In this document: positions 36,922-46,759 of the stretch, in pieces
How positions within the stretch are numbered: position 1 is the first letter of the stretch
Layout: each line of letters opens with the position of its first letter
Assembly (NCBI GenBank): GCA_007571305.1
Contig: RKRR01000149.1
Location: 4,631-68,630, forward strand
From: Candidatus Poribacteria bacterium
GTDB lineage: Bacteria; Poribacteria; WGA-4E; WGA-3G
Reading direction: 5' to 3'
DNA: 64,000 bases
Made by a program: the position numbers and the translations under genes
The notes under the pieces: model-generated
What the model saw: the letters and a program-made list of their open reading frames with translations, nothing else
The model's database searches: none
What the model was told of the DNA's origin: nothing

Positions 36922-38994
36922 ATGAAACAGTACAGGACAGATCAGATCCGAAACATTGCAATTATCGCGCATTCAGGAGCAGGCAAAACATCACTCATTG
37001 AAGCGATGCTTTACAATGGTGGTGCTATTGAGCGAATGGGGGCTGTCGATGGTGGAAATTCTGTAGCTGACTATGCCGCTGATGAGATTGAACGCAAAAC
37101 GACCCTCAACTGTTCAGTCTGTATTGCAGAATGGGAAGGACATAAACTAAATCTGATTGATACCCCGGGCGCAGAAGATTTTTATGGTGACCTCTACAGT
37201 GTACTTCGCGTCGTCGATGCCGTCATCGTCGTTGTTGATGCAACAACCGGTGTCGAGGGTGGAACAGAAAAGGTATGGGAAGTCGCAGACAAATATGAAC
37301 TGCCACGCCTCATCTTTATTAACAAAATGGATAAAGAGAACGCCAGTTTTGAAAACGCACTCGTAAGCGTTGAAGATATCTTAGAAACCCGGGCGGTCCC
37401 TATCCAACTCCCGATCGGTAAAGAGGATCAGTTCGCCGGCGTTGTCGATGTCATACAGATGGCGGCTTATCTGCAACCCGATGGAAGTAAGCGCGCAGCG
37501 AAATCCGAAATACCTGCAGACTTGGAGACAGAGGCTGAAGAAACTCGCGAAGCACTCGTTGAAGTCGCTGCAGAAAGCGACGATGAACTCATTGAGAAGT
37601 TTTTTGAAGACGAATTATCGGATGAAGAGATTCAGAACGGTTTGCAACTTGGGATTTTCGAGAATCAGTTTACCCCAGTGCTTTGCGGTGCTGCCTTGAA
37701 CAATATCGGTGTGCAACAGTTGATGGACACATTACTGACTGGCTGTCCATCCCCCGTCAATGTAGGAGCAGTTACGTCCGCAGAAAATGAAGAGGACAGT
37801 CGCGAACCCTCACCAGATGCCCCCATGTCCGCTGTCGTATTCAAATCGATTGCCGACCCATTTGCCGGGCAGTTGAGTTTCTTCCGTGTTTATTCCGGGA
37901 CGCTGGAAGGGGATACCCAAGTCAGCAACTCGGCGCGAGGACAAGTCGAACGCCTCGGAAAAACGGCGTTCATGAACGGTAAGGATTCGATCAGTACGCC
38001 ACATGTGGCTGCAGGAGACATCGGCGCACTCACGAAACTCGCAGCGACTCAAACGGGGGATACGCTCTGCGACAGAGATGCACCTATTCAACTTCAAGGG
38101 ATCGAGTTCCCGAATTCCACCATCTCTTATGCCATTCATCCGACGCGCGAAGGCGACGATGAAAAGCTGATGACATCACTCACACGGATGTCTGAAGAAG
38201 ATCCTACGTTCAGGATTGAACGTAACGAAGTCACCAAACAACTTCTCATTTCTGGGCTCGGAGACTTGCACATCAACATCAATCGGGAACGAATGGCAAA
38301 CAAATTCGGGGTCGAAACGGAAGTCTCACCGCCGAAAGTGCCATACCGGGAAACGATTCGTCGCAATGTTCGGAGCGTCCAAGGTAGACATAAACGTCAA
38401 TCCGGTGGAAGAGGACAGTTCGGCGATGTCACGATTAATCTCGCTCCCTTACAGCGCGGTGAGGGCTTTGAGTTCATTAACAACATCGTCGGTGGTGCGA
38501 TCCCGCGCAACTATATCCCGGCTGTCGAAAAAGGCATCCGTGAGAGAATGGATAGAGGCTTACTCGCGGGCTTCCCTGTCGTTGATATCCAAATTGACCT
38601 CTATGACGGCAAGTATCACCCTGTCGATTCTTCGGATATGGCGTTCCAGATCGCTGGCTCTATCGCCTTTGCTGCTGCCGCTGAAGAATCCGATCCGTGT
38701 TTGCTTGAACCAGTGATGAGCGTCGATATCACGGTGCCTGAACAGTTTATGGGAAGCATTATTGGCGATCTGAATGGACGACGTGGACAAGTAATGGGTG
38801 TTGAACAGATGGGGAGAAAGCAGGTAATTCAGGCACACGTTCCCCTCTCGGAGATGCTCCGGTATTCGATCGACCTCAAGTCGATGACAAGTGCACGTGG
38901 CACCTTCACAATGGAATTCTCGCATTACGAGATCACGCCTGACGATGTTGCACAGAAAGTAATCGGTGAGTCGAAAAGTGAAGAGGAAGAGTAG
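36922..38994 (+). CDS. elongation factor G family GTPase (paralogue outside an str operon)
   Basis: AAAGGAG lies 14 nt upstream of ATG 36922. G motifs AHSGAGKTSL, DTPG and NKMD. EF-G domains II-V are recognisable (...GDLHINI..., ...QSGGRGQFGDV..., ...LEPVMSVDITVPEQFMGSIIGDLNGRRG...). Confidence 0.9.
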   Translation: MKQYRTDQIRNIAIIAHSGAGKTSLIEAMLYNGGAIERMGAVDGGNSVADYAADEIERKTTLNCSVCIAEWEGHKLNLIDTPGAEDFYGDLYSVLRVVDAVIVVVDATTGVEGGTEKVWEVADKYELPRLIFINKMDKENASFENALVSVEDILETRAVPIQLPIGKEDQFAGVVDVIQMAAYLQPDGSKRAAKSEIPADLETEAEETREALVEVAAESDDELIEKFFEDELSDEEIQNGLQLGIFENQFTPVLCGAALNNIGVQQLMDTLLTGCPSPVNVGAVTSAENEEDSREPSPDAPMSAVVFKSIADPFAGQLSFFRVYSGTLEGDTQVSNSARGQVERLGKTAFMNGKDSISTPHVAAGDIGALTKLAATQTGDTLCDRDAPIQLQGIEFPNSTISYAIHPTREGDDEKLMTSLTRMSEEDPTFRIERNEVTKQLLISGLGDLHININRERMANKFGVETEVSPPKVPYRETIRRNVRSVQGRHKRQSGGRGQFGDVTINLAPLQRGEGFEFINNIVGGAIPRNYIPAVEKGIRERMDRGLLAGFPVVDIQIDLYDGKYHPVDSSDMAFQIAGSIAFAAAAEESDPCLLEPVMSVDITVPEQFMGSIIGDLNGRRGQVMGVEQMGRKQVIQAHVPLSEMLRYSIDLKSMTSARGTFTMEFSHYEITPDDVAQKVIGESKSEEEE

Positions 38995-39039
38995 CAGTTT
39001 TACTGCTGGTGGGGTTTCAACCTTATATCTTTCTTATGT

Positions 39040-39071
39040 AGGCGCGGTTAAAAACCGCGCCTTTTCTGTTT
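39040..39071 (+). terminator. rho-independent terminator after the EF-G gene
   Basis: Stem aggcgcggtt / aaccgcgcct with a 3-nt loop, followed by ttttctgttt. Confidence 0.7.
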
Positions 39072-39101
39072 AACTTGGAGAGGCAAATAGTTACTATGGT
39101 A

Positions 39102-39195
39102 ATCCAAGCTGCCAGTTCTGTAGCATAACCTGTTAGGTTGTGCATCTTCAGGCACAGGAGCCCAACAGTTTCCTATGCTACAAGTGCCAACCTGT
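39102..39195 (-). repeat. degenerate family B repeat (inverted orientation)
   Basis: atccaagctgccagttctgtagcataacctgttaggttgtgcatcttc..., with the core at 39120-39143. The right end is decayed and no flanking duplication is seen. Confidence 0.6.
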
Positions 39196-39261
39196 TTTCG
39201 GATTTTACTATCAACCAACAATGGGTTTGTGTATAAAAATTAGGACATCTAAGGTCTATGC

Positions 39262-40680
39262 TTAACCATCCAAATGGAAGATCGCCATTTTCAATTCGGT
39301 CATCTCTTCTATGGCGTATTTCGGACCTTCTTTGCCCATCCCGCTTTCTTTGACACCGCCATACGGCATCAGATCCGCGCGCCACTGCGTCCCCCAGTTC
39401 ACCATCAGGTTACCAGATTCGACCTCACGGACAAACTTCATTGCCCAATCGACGTTCTGTGTGAAGATCGCGGCACTCAGCCCGTAATTCGTATCGTTGG
39501 CAAGGGCGATTGCTTCGTCGATATCGTTGACGCGTGTCACACCGACAGCTGGTCCGAAGACCTCGTCGCAAGAGATTTTCATCTCCGGCTTGACATCAGC
39601 AAGGATAGCAGGTGTAACAAATTGATCTTGCTTGTCCCCACCGGTAAGGAGCTCCGCCCCATCCGCGACAGCCTCCTGAATCCATTCGGCGACACGAGTG
39701 GCATCATCTTCCCGAATCATCGGTCCCATCCGTGTTCCTTCTGTGAGCGGGTCGCCGGTGCTGATTTGAGCGACTTCCGCTTGGAACGCATCTAAGAAAT
39801 CACCGTAGATTTTTTCATGGGCAATGACACGCTGCGTTGAGATACATACCTGTCCTGCATTAGAATAACCAGATGCCGCCGCTGCACGAGCGACCTTTTC
39901 GGGATCCGCATCTGGCATGACAATGAGCGGCGAATTTGAGCCGAGTTCCATTGTGACACGTTTTAACCCTGCGACCTTACAGATATGCTCGCCGACATCA
40001 CGACTACCGGTAAAGGTAATTTTTCGGACGCGCCGATCCGCACAGAGCGTATCACCGATTTCGCCGCCGGGGCCCGTCACACACTGAATCGCCTCAGGCG
40101 GTGTCCCTGCTTCTAAAAAGAGTTCCACCAGTTTCAGTGCGGAGAGTGGTGTGTCTGTCGCAGGTTTGACGATAATGGCGTTTCCACCGGCAATCGCGGG
40201 CCCCGCTTTGTGGCAGACAAGGTGTAATGGGAAGTTGAACGGACTAATACCTGCAACGATACCGCAAGGCATGCGCACTGTAAAACCGAGTTTGTCTTTG
40301 ACACCGGGTGCCCCTTCAAGGGGAATCGTTTCACCGGTCAATCGCTTTGCTTCTTCTGCAGAGAGAGCGATAATCTCGGAAGCGCGCGTCGCTTCAATTG
40401 TCGCCTCGGCGAGGATTTTCCCTTCCTCGCGGGTGATAACCTCAGCAAGTTCATCCGATCTCTCCACCATCAAATCTGCAACTTTATGCAGGATCTCGTA
40501 GCGTTCATAGCCGGTCATCCCTGCCATGATTTTTGCGCCGCGTTCTGCTGTCTGAATAGCGGTTTCAACGTCGCCTGTATCCCCTCTGGGAACGGTGTCA
40601 ACAACCGAACCGTCAAAGGGACTAAGTACATCAATTTTATCGGATTTATCAACCCATTCTCCACCTACGTGCATTTGCAT
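39262..40680 (-). CDS. NAD(P)-dependent aldehyde dehydrogenase family protein
   Basis: ALDH hallmarks are present: ...FNFPLHL..., ...VTMELGSNSPLIV... (catalytic Glu), ...SNAGQVCISTQR... (catalytic Cys) and ...PYGGVKESGMGKEG.... ATG 40680 chosen. Confidence 0.9.
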   Translation of the reverse strand: MQMHVGGEWVDKSDKIDVLSPFDGSVVDTVPRGDTGDVETAIQTAERGAKIMAGMTGYERYEILHKVADLMVERSDELAEVITREEGKILAEATIEATRASEIIALSAEEAKRLTGETIPLEGAPGVKDKLGFTVRMPCGIVAGISPFNFPLHLVCHKAGPAIAGGNAIIVKPATDTPLSALKLVELFLEAGTPPEAIQCVTGPGGEIGDTLCADRRVRKITFTGSRDVGEHICKVAGLKRVTMELGSNSPLIVMPDADPEKVARAAAASGYSNAGQVCISTQRVIAHEKIYGDFLDAFQAEVAQISTGDPLTEGTRMGPMIREDDATRVAEWIQEAVADGAELLTGGDKQDQFVTPAILADVKPEMKISCDEVFGPAVGVTRVNDIDEAIALANDTNYGLSAAIFTQNVDWAMKFVREVESGNLMVNWGTQWRADLMPYGGVKESGMGKEGPKYAIEEMTELKMAIFHLDG

Positions 40681-40723
40681 AATGCATTTTCTCCATTTCT
40701 GCTTCAGCACACGGATGTGCCTA

Positions 40724-41524
40724 TTATTTATATTCCCGTTTTAGTAAAGCCCAAGTTGTTGCCAATTTTCCAGTCGCATCAACAGCGGCATAACCGGCTA
40801 ACCCATTCTCCATAACATCGTTGAGTTCATCTTCAGAGAGGGCTTCCGTAAAGAAGCCTACCTCGTCAAAGAGTCCTGTTGCAGCAACATTGCCCGGCCG
40901 CGCTCCTATCCAGATGGGCGATTCACTCGTATCCAACGTACCACCGCTCGGTTCCTCCCCATCCAATTTCCCATCAACGAACATTTGAACGTTTTTGCCA
41001 TCATAAATTTTGGCGATATGGTGCCACTTACCATCAGCAACGATGGTTTTGCCATCAATCCGCCCGACGTTGCCTTTGACATGCCACATAAAAACCGGAT
41101 AATGATCTTTGTGGATCCATATATCGAGGTGACGGACATTTTCTGGTTCCGGCCAAACATCCCCATTTCTCCAGACTACGTATTGCCATGAGGCGGCTTC
41201 TAACTGAACCCACGCCACAAATGTATAAGGATCAGAATTAAAAACATCGTCGTGATCGACGCGGACGTAACTATCACCTTTGCCCGAAAATTTCAAAGCA
41301 CCGCCGAATTTACCTTTATTCGTCCATTCAAGCGTGCCCTTGATCTCACCATCATGCCCACTGACAACATCCTTGACAATTTTCCCGCCATTCTCCTCAA
41401 ACAGCCAAGCACTCGCCAAACCGAGTTTCGCCGCATGTACAGAAGTTCCGAATCCGATCATGAGGATTAGCAAACTTACAATCACCGCCAAAACCAGCAT
41501 TCGGTAGACAGTAGACACCTTCAT
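40724..41524 (-). CDS. secreted LamG-fold protein with C-terminal KLATTW motif
   Basis: The ATG at 41524 avoids overlap with the upstream gene and follows GGGAGAT. N-terminal TM/signal segment MLVLAVIVSLLILMIGFG. LamG pattern (ALKFSGKGDSYV..., FTFVAWVQ..., WHHIAKIYDGKNVQMFVDGKL). C-terminus ...VDATGKLATTWALLKREYK. Confidence 0.65.
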   Translation of the reverse strand: MKVSTVYRMLVLAVIVSLLILMIGFGTSVHAAKLGLASAWLFEENGGKIVKDVVSGHDGEIKGTLEWTNKGKFGGALKFSGKGDSYVRVDHDDVFNSDPYTFVAWVQLEAASWQYVVWRNGDVWPEPENVRHLDIWIHKDHYPVFMWHVKGNVGRIDGKTIVADGKWHHIAKIYDGKNVQMFVDGKLDGEEPSGGTLDTSESPIWIGARPGNVAATGLFDEVGFFTEALSEDELNDVMENGLAGYAAVDATGKLATTWALLKREYK

Positions 41525-41537
41525 TCTATTTATCTCC

Positions 41538-42542
41538 CTATACGCGACAATTATCAAGTGCATCCTCGTCCAATTCAACCCCTAACCCTGGTTTATCCGG
41601 AATAGTTGCGTATCCATCAACAAGCGGAATCGTTGAAGGTGTAACAAGGTCGAAGGCGCGCAAAGCATTTAGCGTAATCGCTGGCATAGTTGCATTCGGC
41701 ATCACCGCAGCGAGATGCATAACATAACAGGTCGTAATACCGAGCCCAACAATCTGTATCCAGACTGGAAGATGGGCAGCGTTTGAAATAACCGCCTCCC
41801 GTACAGCATTGGCAGCGCGTGAGTCAGGGTAAGCGATAATAAACGAATCATTCATATTTGCCCGTATTGCTTCGATCGGGTCCGGGTTGCCGAAGTGGAT
41901 GGTTATCGGCATGTCAGTGTGTCGCTTAATCTCTTTGTATCCGACAATATCGGCTTGTGGGATCGGCGTTTCAAACGACTCTATATTGTAATCTTGGAGC
42001 TGACGTACGACTTCAAGGGTGTGTGCCGGGGTCTCAAAAGAGTCATTTGCATCGACGCGGAGTCGATAATCATCTGGCACGACGCTTGCAATTGCTTCCA
42101 CCTGCTCAAGTACTTCAAACCAGGGACGGGCTTTGATTTTGTGGAGCCGATAGCCGAGAGCATAAGCGTGCTGTGCCTCTGCCGCCCATTCCTGGGGGGT
42201 CATGTCAATCGACCAGTAGCCGAATTGCGTTTTGTCATGAACCTTTTCACCTAAGAGTTGATGCACCGGCACACCAAGTGCTTTCCCCATGATGTCGTAA
42301 AAAGCCTGCTGGAGAGGTGTCGGCGCCCAACCATTTATAAATTCAAATGGATTTCTACCGACGTAACGCTCAACGACCTCTGCCGCCTGAAACGCCCCAT
42401 CGCCAATCCCGACAAGTCCTACATCGGTGTGCACCTTGTAGACATAATCAATCTGATAAAGATTGCGACGCGTCATGAGTTCATAAATGCCCTCATGATA
42501 CGGCACCCTCACTTTGATAACGTCTATTTGAGTAATTTTCAT
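41538..42542 (-). CDS. enolase-superfamily enzyme (mandelate racemase/muconate lactonising family)
   Basis: ...GYRLHKIKARP... (KxK), ...RLRVDANDSF... and ...IESFETPIP... form the metal-ligand pattern of MR/MLE proteins. Confidence 0.8.
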   Translation of the reverse strand: MKITQIDVIKVRVPYHEGIYELMTRRNLYQIDYVYKVHTDVGLVGIGDGAFQAAEVVERYVGRNPFEFINGWAPTPLQQAFYDIMGKALGVPVHQLLGEKVHDKTQFGYWSIDMTPQEWAAEAQHAYALGYRLHKIKARPWFEVLEQVEAIASVVPDDYRLRVDANDSFETPAHTLEVVRQLQDYNIESFETPIPQADIVGYKEIKRHTDMPITIHFGNPDPIEAIRANMNDSFIIAYPDSRAANAVREAVISNAAHLPVWIQIVGLGITTCYVMHLAAVMPNATMPAITLNALRAFDLVTPSTIPLVDGYATIPDKPGLGVELDEDALDNCRV

Positions 42543-42716
42543 ATTTTTAATGATGGGATCATGGACTGCGCCCCATTCTATTACGCGCAGGTTTTCGGTT
42601 ATTCTATGGGTGCTTTTTTAAATCGGATCCGTAACCCATAGTGAAATGAAAAGCGGATGTTCAGGAAGGCACGTCAACGACTCAAACCTACGTCTTCCCC
42701 GCAAGGTAAAATTAAA

Positions 42717-43169
42717 TCACTCATCACGCCGGATCCAACTCACGACATCCTCCGCTTCACCTGTACCGCCCTCAACGCCATCGCTCCCGAAAGAGATAAG
42801 ATCGTATCCGTACCGGTCGTGGTTCCCCGGACGAACATAGACATAAGAATTTCCCCAAGGGTCTTTCGTAATCGGAATTTGAATATAGGGTTCTATCCAA
42901 TTTATTGGTCTTGGTGGTGCTTCAGGCATTTCCCAAAGTGCCTTCAATCCCTGTTCAGTCGACGGATAATCACCGTTATCTTTGGCGTACCTATCAAGAG
43001 CGATACCAAGCGTTTCGATATCCTCGGCGGCTTGTGCCTGCAAGGCACGACCAGCCTGCCCGAGCAATCGAGGTGCCAAAAGGACAGCCGCAATAATCCC
43101 GAGAACGATGACGACAACTAAAATTTGTATTGATGTTAATCCTGCTTGTTTAGAATCGATTGATTTCAC
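42717..43169 (-). CDS. gspG: type II secretion major pseudopilin GspG-like protein
   Basis: Prepilin-type N-terminus KQAG|LTSIQILVVVIVLGIIAAV. GspG core ...ALDRYAKDNGDYPSTEQGLKAL...DPWGNSYVY..PG.....YDLISFGSDG..GG. Confidence 0.8.
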   Translation of the reverse strand: MKSIDSKQAGLTSIQILVVVIVLGIIAAVLLAPRLLGQAGRALQAQAAEDIETLGIALDRYAKDNGDYPSTEQGLKALWEMPEAPPRPINWIEPYIQIPITKDPWGNSYVYVRPGNHDRYGYDLISFGSDGVEGGTGEAEDVVSWIRRDE

Positions 43170-43387
43170 ACATTTCCCCCTGAATCTGATATAGCAAATT
43201 GGCTATCGGATTTTATACCTTTTCGGTTTTCTAAAACGCTCGAATCAAGCAGTAAATTGACGGTCATCCAAAAAACTGCTTTGCCGATAACCGAAAGTCG
43301 ACTGCTGACAGCCATTTTTCAGTGTATCACATCTATCGAATTTTGTCAATTTTAAAAACCCTTGACAGTCCTGACCACGGAATAAAT

Positions 43388-43422
43388 TTGACTTTCTTTT
43401 AAAAATAGGGTATATCTATAAT
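43388..43422 (+). promoter_or_regulatory. candidate sigma70 promoter for the UPF0261 gene
   Basis: TTGACT (43388-93), 17-nt spacer, TATATC (43411-16), immediately followed by TATAAT (43417-22). Confidence 0.3.
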
Positions 43423-43526
43423 ACATCATGGCGGTGGATGCAACCTTTGGTTTGGGAGTGCTACTGCCCATTTCTGAGTGGCATCACGATATAATGGAAT
43501 CTATGAGACAGTGGAGGAATTCGGGC

Positions 43527-44735
43527 ATGTCGAAAACGGTTTGCATTGTCGGCACAATGGACACGAAGGGTTTGGAATTTTCATTTATCAAAGCGCAAAT
43601 AGAATCAACCGGCACCTCAACATGTGTTATCAATACGGGTATATTGGGAGACCCCCAATTAACACCCGACGTTTCCGCGGATGAAGTCGCACAAGCAGGA
43701 GGTTCATCCCTTCAGGCTTTGAGAGATGAAGGCGACCGAGGTAACAGCGTTGCTGTGATGGCGCAGGGTGCCGCGATACTCGTTGCTGAGAAACAGGCAG
43801 CAGGCGAAATAGACGGGATCATCTCACTCGGTGGCTCCGCAGGGACTACTATCGGCACCACGGCGATGCAGGCAGTCCCAGTAGGTGTCCCGAAAATTAT
43901 GGTGTCGACTTTAGCATCAGGCGATACGAGTCCGTATGTCCAATCCAAAGATATATGTATGATGTACTCTGTTGTAGACATCGCTGGTATCAACCGATTG
44001 TCCCGACAGATTCTCGCCAACGCCGCTGGCGCGATCGTTGGAATGGTCAATGCGGAAATGCCAGAGACGACAGCAGATAAGCCTCTCATCGCAGCGACAA
44101 TGTTCGGTGTGACAACCCCATGCGTCACAAAGGCGCGGGAGATCCTTGAAGCCTCCGGCTATGAAGTACTCGTCTTTCACGCAACTGGCACGGGTGGGCA
44201 AGCGATGGAAGATCTTGTCAAAGGAGGTTTCCTCGCTGGGGTGTTAGATGCGACAACCACCGAACTTGCCGACGAATTGGTCGGTGGGGTCCTGAGTGCC
44301 GGTCCCGATCGGTTGGAAGCCGCGGGAGAATCTGGACTGCCTCAAGTTGTCGCTCCGGGTGCGCTGGACATGGTGAATTTCGGTCCGCCTGACACAGTGC
44401 CAGAGCAGTTCAGCGACCGGTTGTTCTATCAGCATAACCCGACAGTGACACTCATGCGAACGACCGCTGAAGAAACCGCCGAACTCGGACGTATCATGGC
44501 TCGTAAACTCAGCGAAGCCCAAGGACCTACAACAGTTATTATTCCGACTCAAGGTGTATCGGCGATTGACAAAACAGGAGAACCTTTTGACTCTCCCGAA
44601 GCACGAGCGGCATGGATCGAGAATCTGAAGGCGAACATCGGAGATAATGTTAGGGTTATTGAGATGGACGCTCACATCAATGACGACGAATTCGCAACAA
44701 AACTCGCAGAGACGTTGTTGAACAGCATCGAGTAA
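43527..44735 (+). CDS. UPF0261 / Tm-1-like ATP-binding protein
   Basis: GGAGG lies 9 nt before ATG 43527. MSKTVCIVGTMDTKGLEFSFIK... plus ...ISLGGSAGT... and ...FHATGTGG.AME... are typical of the family. Confidence 0.7.
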   Translation: MSKTVCIVGTMDTKGLEFSFIKAQIESTGTSTCVINTGILGDPQLTPDVSADEVAQAGGSSLQALRDEGDRGNSVAVMAQGAAILVAEKQAAGEIDGIISLGGSAGTTIGTTAMQAVPVGVPKIMVSTLASGDTSPYVQSKDICMMYSVVDIAGINRLSRQILANAAGAIVGMVNAEMPETTADKPLIAATMFGVTTPCVTKAREILEASGYEVLVFHATGTGGQAMEDLVKGGFLAGVLDATTTELADELVGGVLSAGPDRLEAAGESGLPQVVAPGALDMVNFGPPDTVPEQFSDRLFYQHNPTVTLMRTTAEETAELGRIMARKLSEAQGPTTVIIPTQGVSAIDKTGEPFDSPEARAAWIENLKANIGDNVRVIEMDAHINDDEFATKLAETLLNSIE

Positions 44736-44816
44736 CGTGAAAAAACTGGACAATTGTAGGTTAATCATAAGAATGCCTGTTTCTATCTTAATCAAAACCG
44801 TTCAAACTTTCGTATA

Positions 44817-44971
44817 ACCTAAGTTGCTACTCACAAGATTTTCGGCATCCCGTCCCATTTTCACTGAAAAGGTTTCATGATTCGGAGGTATTCCGTAGCG
44901 TAGGAGACCGTAAGTCTGTGTGTTTAAGATGCACAACCTAACAGGTTATGCTACAAACTGGCAACTTGGGT
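44817..44971 (+). mobile_element. MITE, family B copy 2 (155 bp)
   Basis: Terminal inverted repeats acctaagttgc (44817-27) / gcaacttgggt (44961-71), 10/11 matching. Abutting 7-bp duplication tcgtata (44810-16) / tagtata (44972-78), 6/7 matching. Core at 44931-44954. Collinear with 14107-14265. Confidence 0.75.
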
Positions 44972-44990
44972 TAGTATAAGGAATTGGTAA

Positions 44991-45899
44991 ATGGCAAGAA
45001 CCTATAGGACCCTTACCCAAGAAGATATTAACCACTTCATTGAGAAGGGGCATGTTATCCTGAAAGACTGCTTTCCGCGCGGGTTGGCAGAAGAATGGCG
45101 AGCTTTCGCTTTTAAAAGACTCGGCTATGAGCCAGACGATCCGACAACTTGGGAGGAACCCCGCATTCATCTGCCTTCTATGAACAGAGTACTGATCGAA
45201 GATGTTGCACCGAGGGCGTGGGAGGCCATTTGTGATCTGCTCGGCGGTGAAGACCGGATTGTCAATTTTCGGGGAGACTCAAAGCCGGGATGGGGTGACG
45301 GTTTCATTATCAACTTCTCGTTAGGCGCAGAGACCCCTTGGCAACCGCCTTCCGCAGAGGTCGGTGGATGGCATAAAGATGGCGATTTCTTCCGTCATTT
45401 CTTAGATAGCCCAGAACAGGGTTTGCTCACAATCGTCGTCTGGTCGGATATCTACCCAGAAAGCGGCGGGACGTTTGTGGCCTGCGATTCAGTTCAACAT
45501 GTCGCACAAAGGTTGTATGAACATCCAGAAGGGTTATTGCCTGGCGGTTTTGGTCAACTCATTGACAAATGCGAAGATTTTGTGGAAATTACTGGGAATG
45601 CAGGCGATGTTGTGCTACTGCACCCGTTCATCTTGCACGCCGCTTCGCAGAATCCTTCGGGACGCGCCCGTTTCATCACGAATCCACCAGTTTCCCTCAA
45701 GGAACCGATGAATTTCAATCGTGAAAACCCAGATGATTTCTCACCCGTGGAGTTAGCGGTGCTGCACGGATTAGGGAAAGACCGATTTGACTTCAAACCG
45801 ACAGCACCGCGGGAACGTTTAGTCCCAGAACGTGTCAAGCGTCAACAGAAGATGCTCGAAGATCAGAAGAAGCGACTCGAAGCCGATGCCAATAGTTGA
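44991..45899 (+). CDS. phytanoyl-CoA dioxygenase (PhyH) family protein
   Basis: LTQEDINHFIEKGHVILKDCF... N-terminus, ...GGWHKDGDFF... (HxD) and ...VVLLHPFILHAASQN... (distal His). Confidence 0.7.
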   Translation: MARTYRTLTQEDINHFIEKGHVILKDCFPRGLAEEWRAFAFKRLGYEPDDPTTWEEPRIHLPSMNRVLIEDVAPRAWEAICDLLGGEDRIVNFRGDSKPGWGDGFIINFSLGAETPWQPPSAEVGGWHKDGDFFRHFLDSPEQGLLTIVVWSDIYPESGGTFVACDSVQHVAQRLYEHPEGLLPGGFGQLIDKCEDFVEITGNAGDVVLLHPFILHAASQNPSGRARFITNPPVSLKEPMNFNRENPDDFSPVELAVLHGLGKDRFDFKPTAPRERLVPERVKRQQKMLEDQKKRLEADANS

Positions 45900-45918
45900 T
45901 GAACAGACGGCGCGATTC

Positions 45919-46569
45919 TCAATGTGCAGGCCCCTCGTGTTGCCCATAAAATCTGACTTCTCGGATCACAATGTCCTCAAAGGGCACTTTAATTTTCTGA
46001 GTCAGAGGTTCTCGCTCGGCATGTGCTAAATCCCGATTTGCATGGATAGTGAGTCGAAGCCAACGCACAGGTCTGTCGATATCAATGCGGATGACCGCTC
46101 CATTCTCGGATCTCGCGATTTTATGGCTGCTGACAGGCTCAAAGAGAGATTCTTGGAGAGATTTCAGTTTTCCGGGTTCAACTTCGGAGGTCGCTGTGTG
46201 TACCAAAAGACGATAAATATTTGAAACGGGATGCACCTCAATGTAGGCAACAGGACTTAGCATATCAAGTTGAATCCACGCTTCAGCCTTAGTCCTACCT
46301 TCCAACCAATCGCCATACCGTCTCGGAATAACACCACTTCGCCTCGCGCTACCTCCACCAATGTAATCCTTTTCAATCATACCTTTTACCTTGAGGATAC
46401 CCGTCGTGGCGAGGTTGCCATCAACAAGCTGCGGATACGCCTCACAGGAAAGGTGCCTCGCTTCTATCCGTTTTGGAAATGTCTGACTTAGGGGTGCACA
46501 ACTGATGAGGAAAAGACAGGTCAGCCATCCGAAGAACACAAATGAGTTTGCTGTGAAAACGCGGTTCAT
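45919..46569 (-). CDS. lipoprotein, possibly discoidin/F5-8-type-C-like
   Basis: GGAGG lies 7 nt before ATG 46569. Lipobox LFLISC. ...YPQLVDGNLATTG... resembles the DGN..T motif of discoidin domains. The functional call is weak. Confidence 0.35.
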   Translation of the reverse strand: MNRVFTANSFVFFGWLTCLFLISCAPLSQTFPKRIEARHLSCEAYPQLVDGNLATTGILKVKGMIEKDYIGGGSARRSGVIPRRYGDWLEGRTKAEAWIQLDMLSPVAYIEVHPVSNIYRLLVHTATSEVEPGKLKSLQESLFEPVSSHKIARSENGAVIRIDIDRPVRWLRLTIHANRDLAHAEREPLTQKIKVPFEDIVIREVRFYGQHEGPAH

Positions 46570-46759
46570 TTTCCAACCTCCTTTTCGTAGGTTCACGAAG
46601 TACTCTTTCTAATGATGTACTGATTGTGCAGGTAAAGAGGTCTATATATTTTGGTAATTCACCATAGTTCTCAGTTACTGGTAACGAGATACCTCTTTCT
46701 ACAGTTTACATCAAATTGAGTGCATCGGTGCCATTGGAAACCGCATCTACATCTATAGT

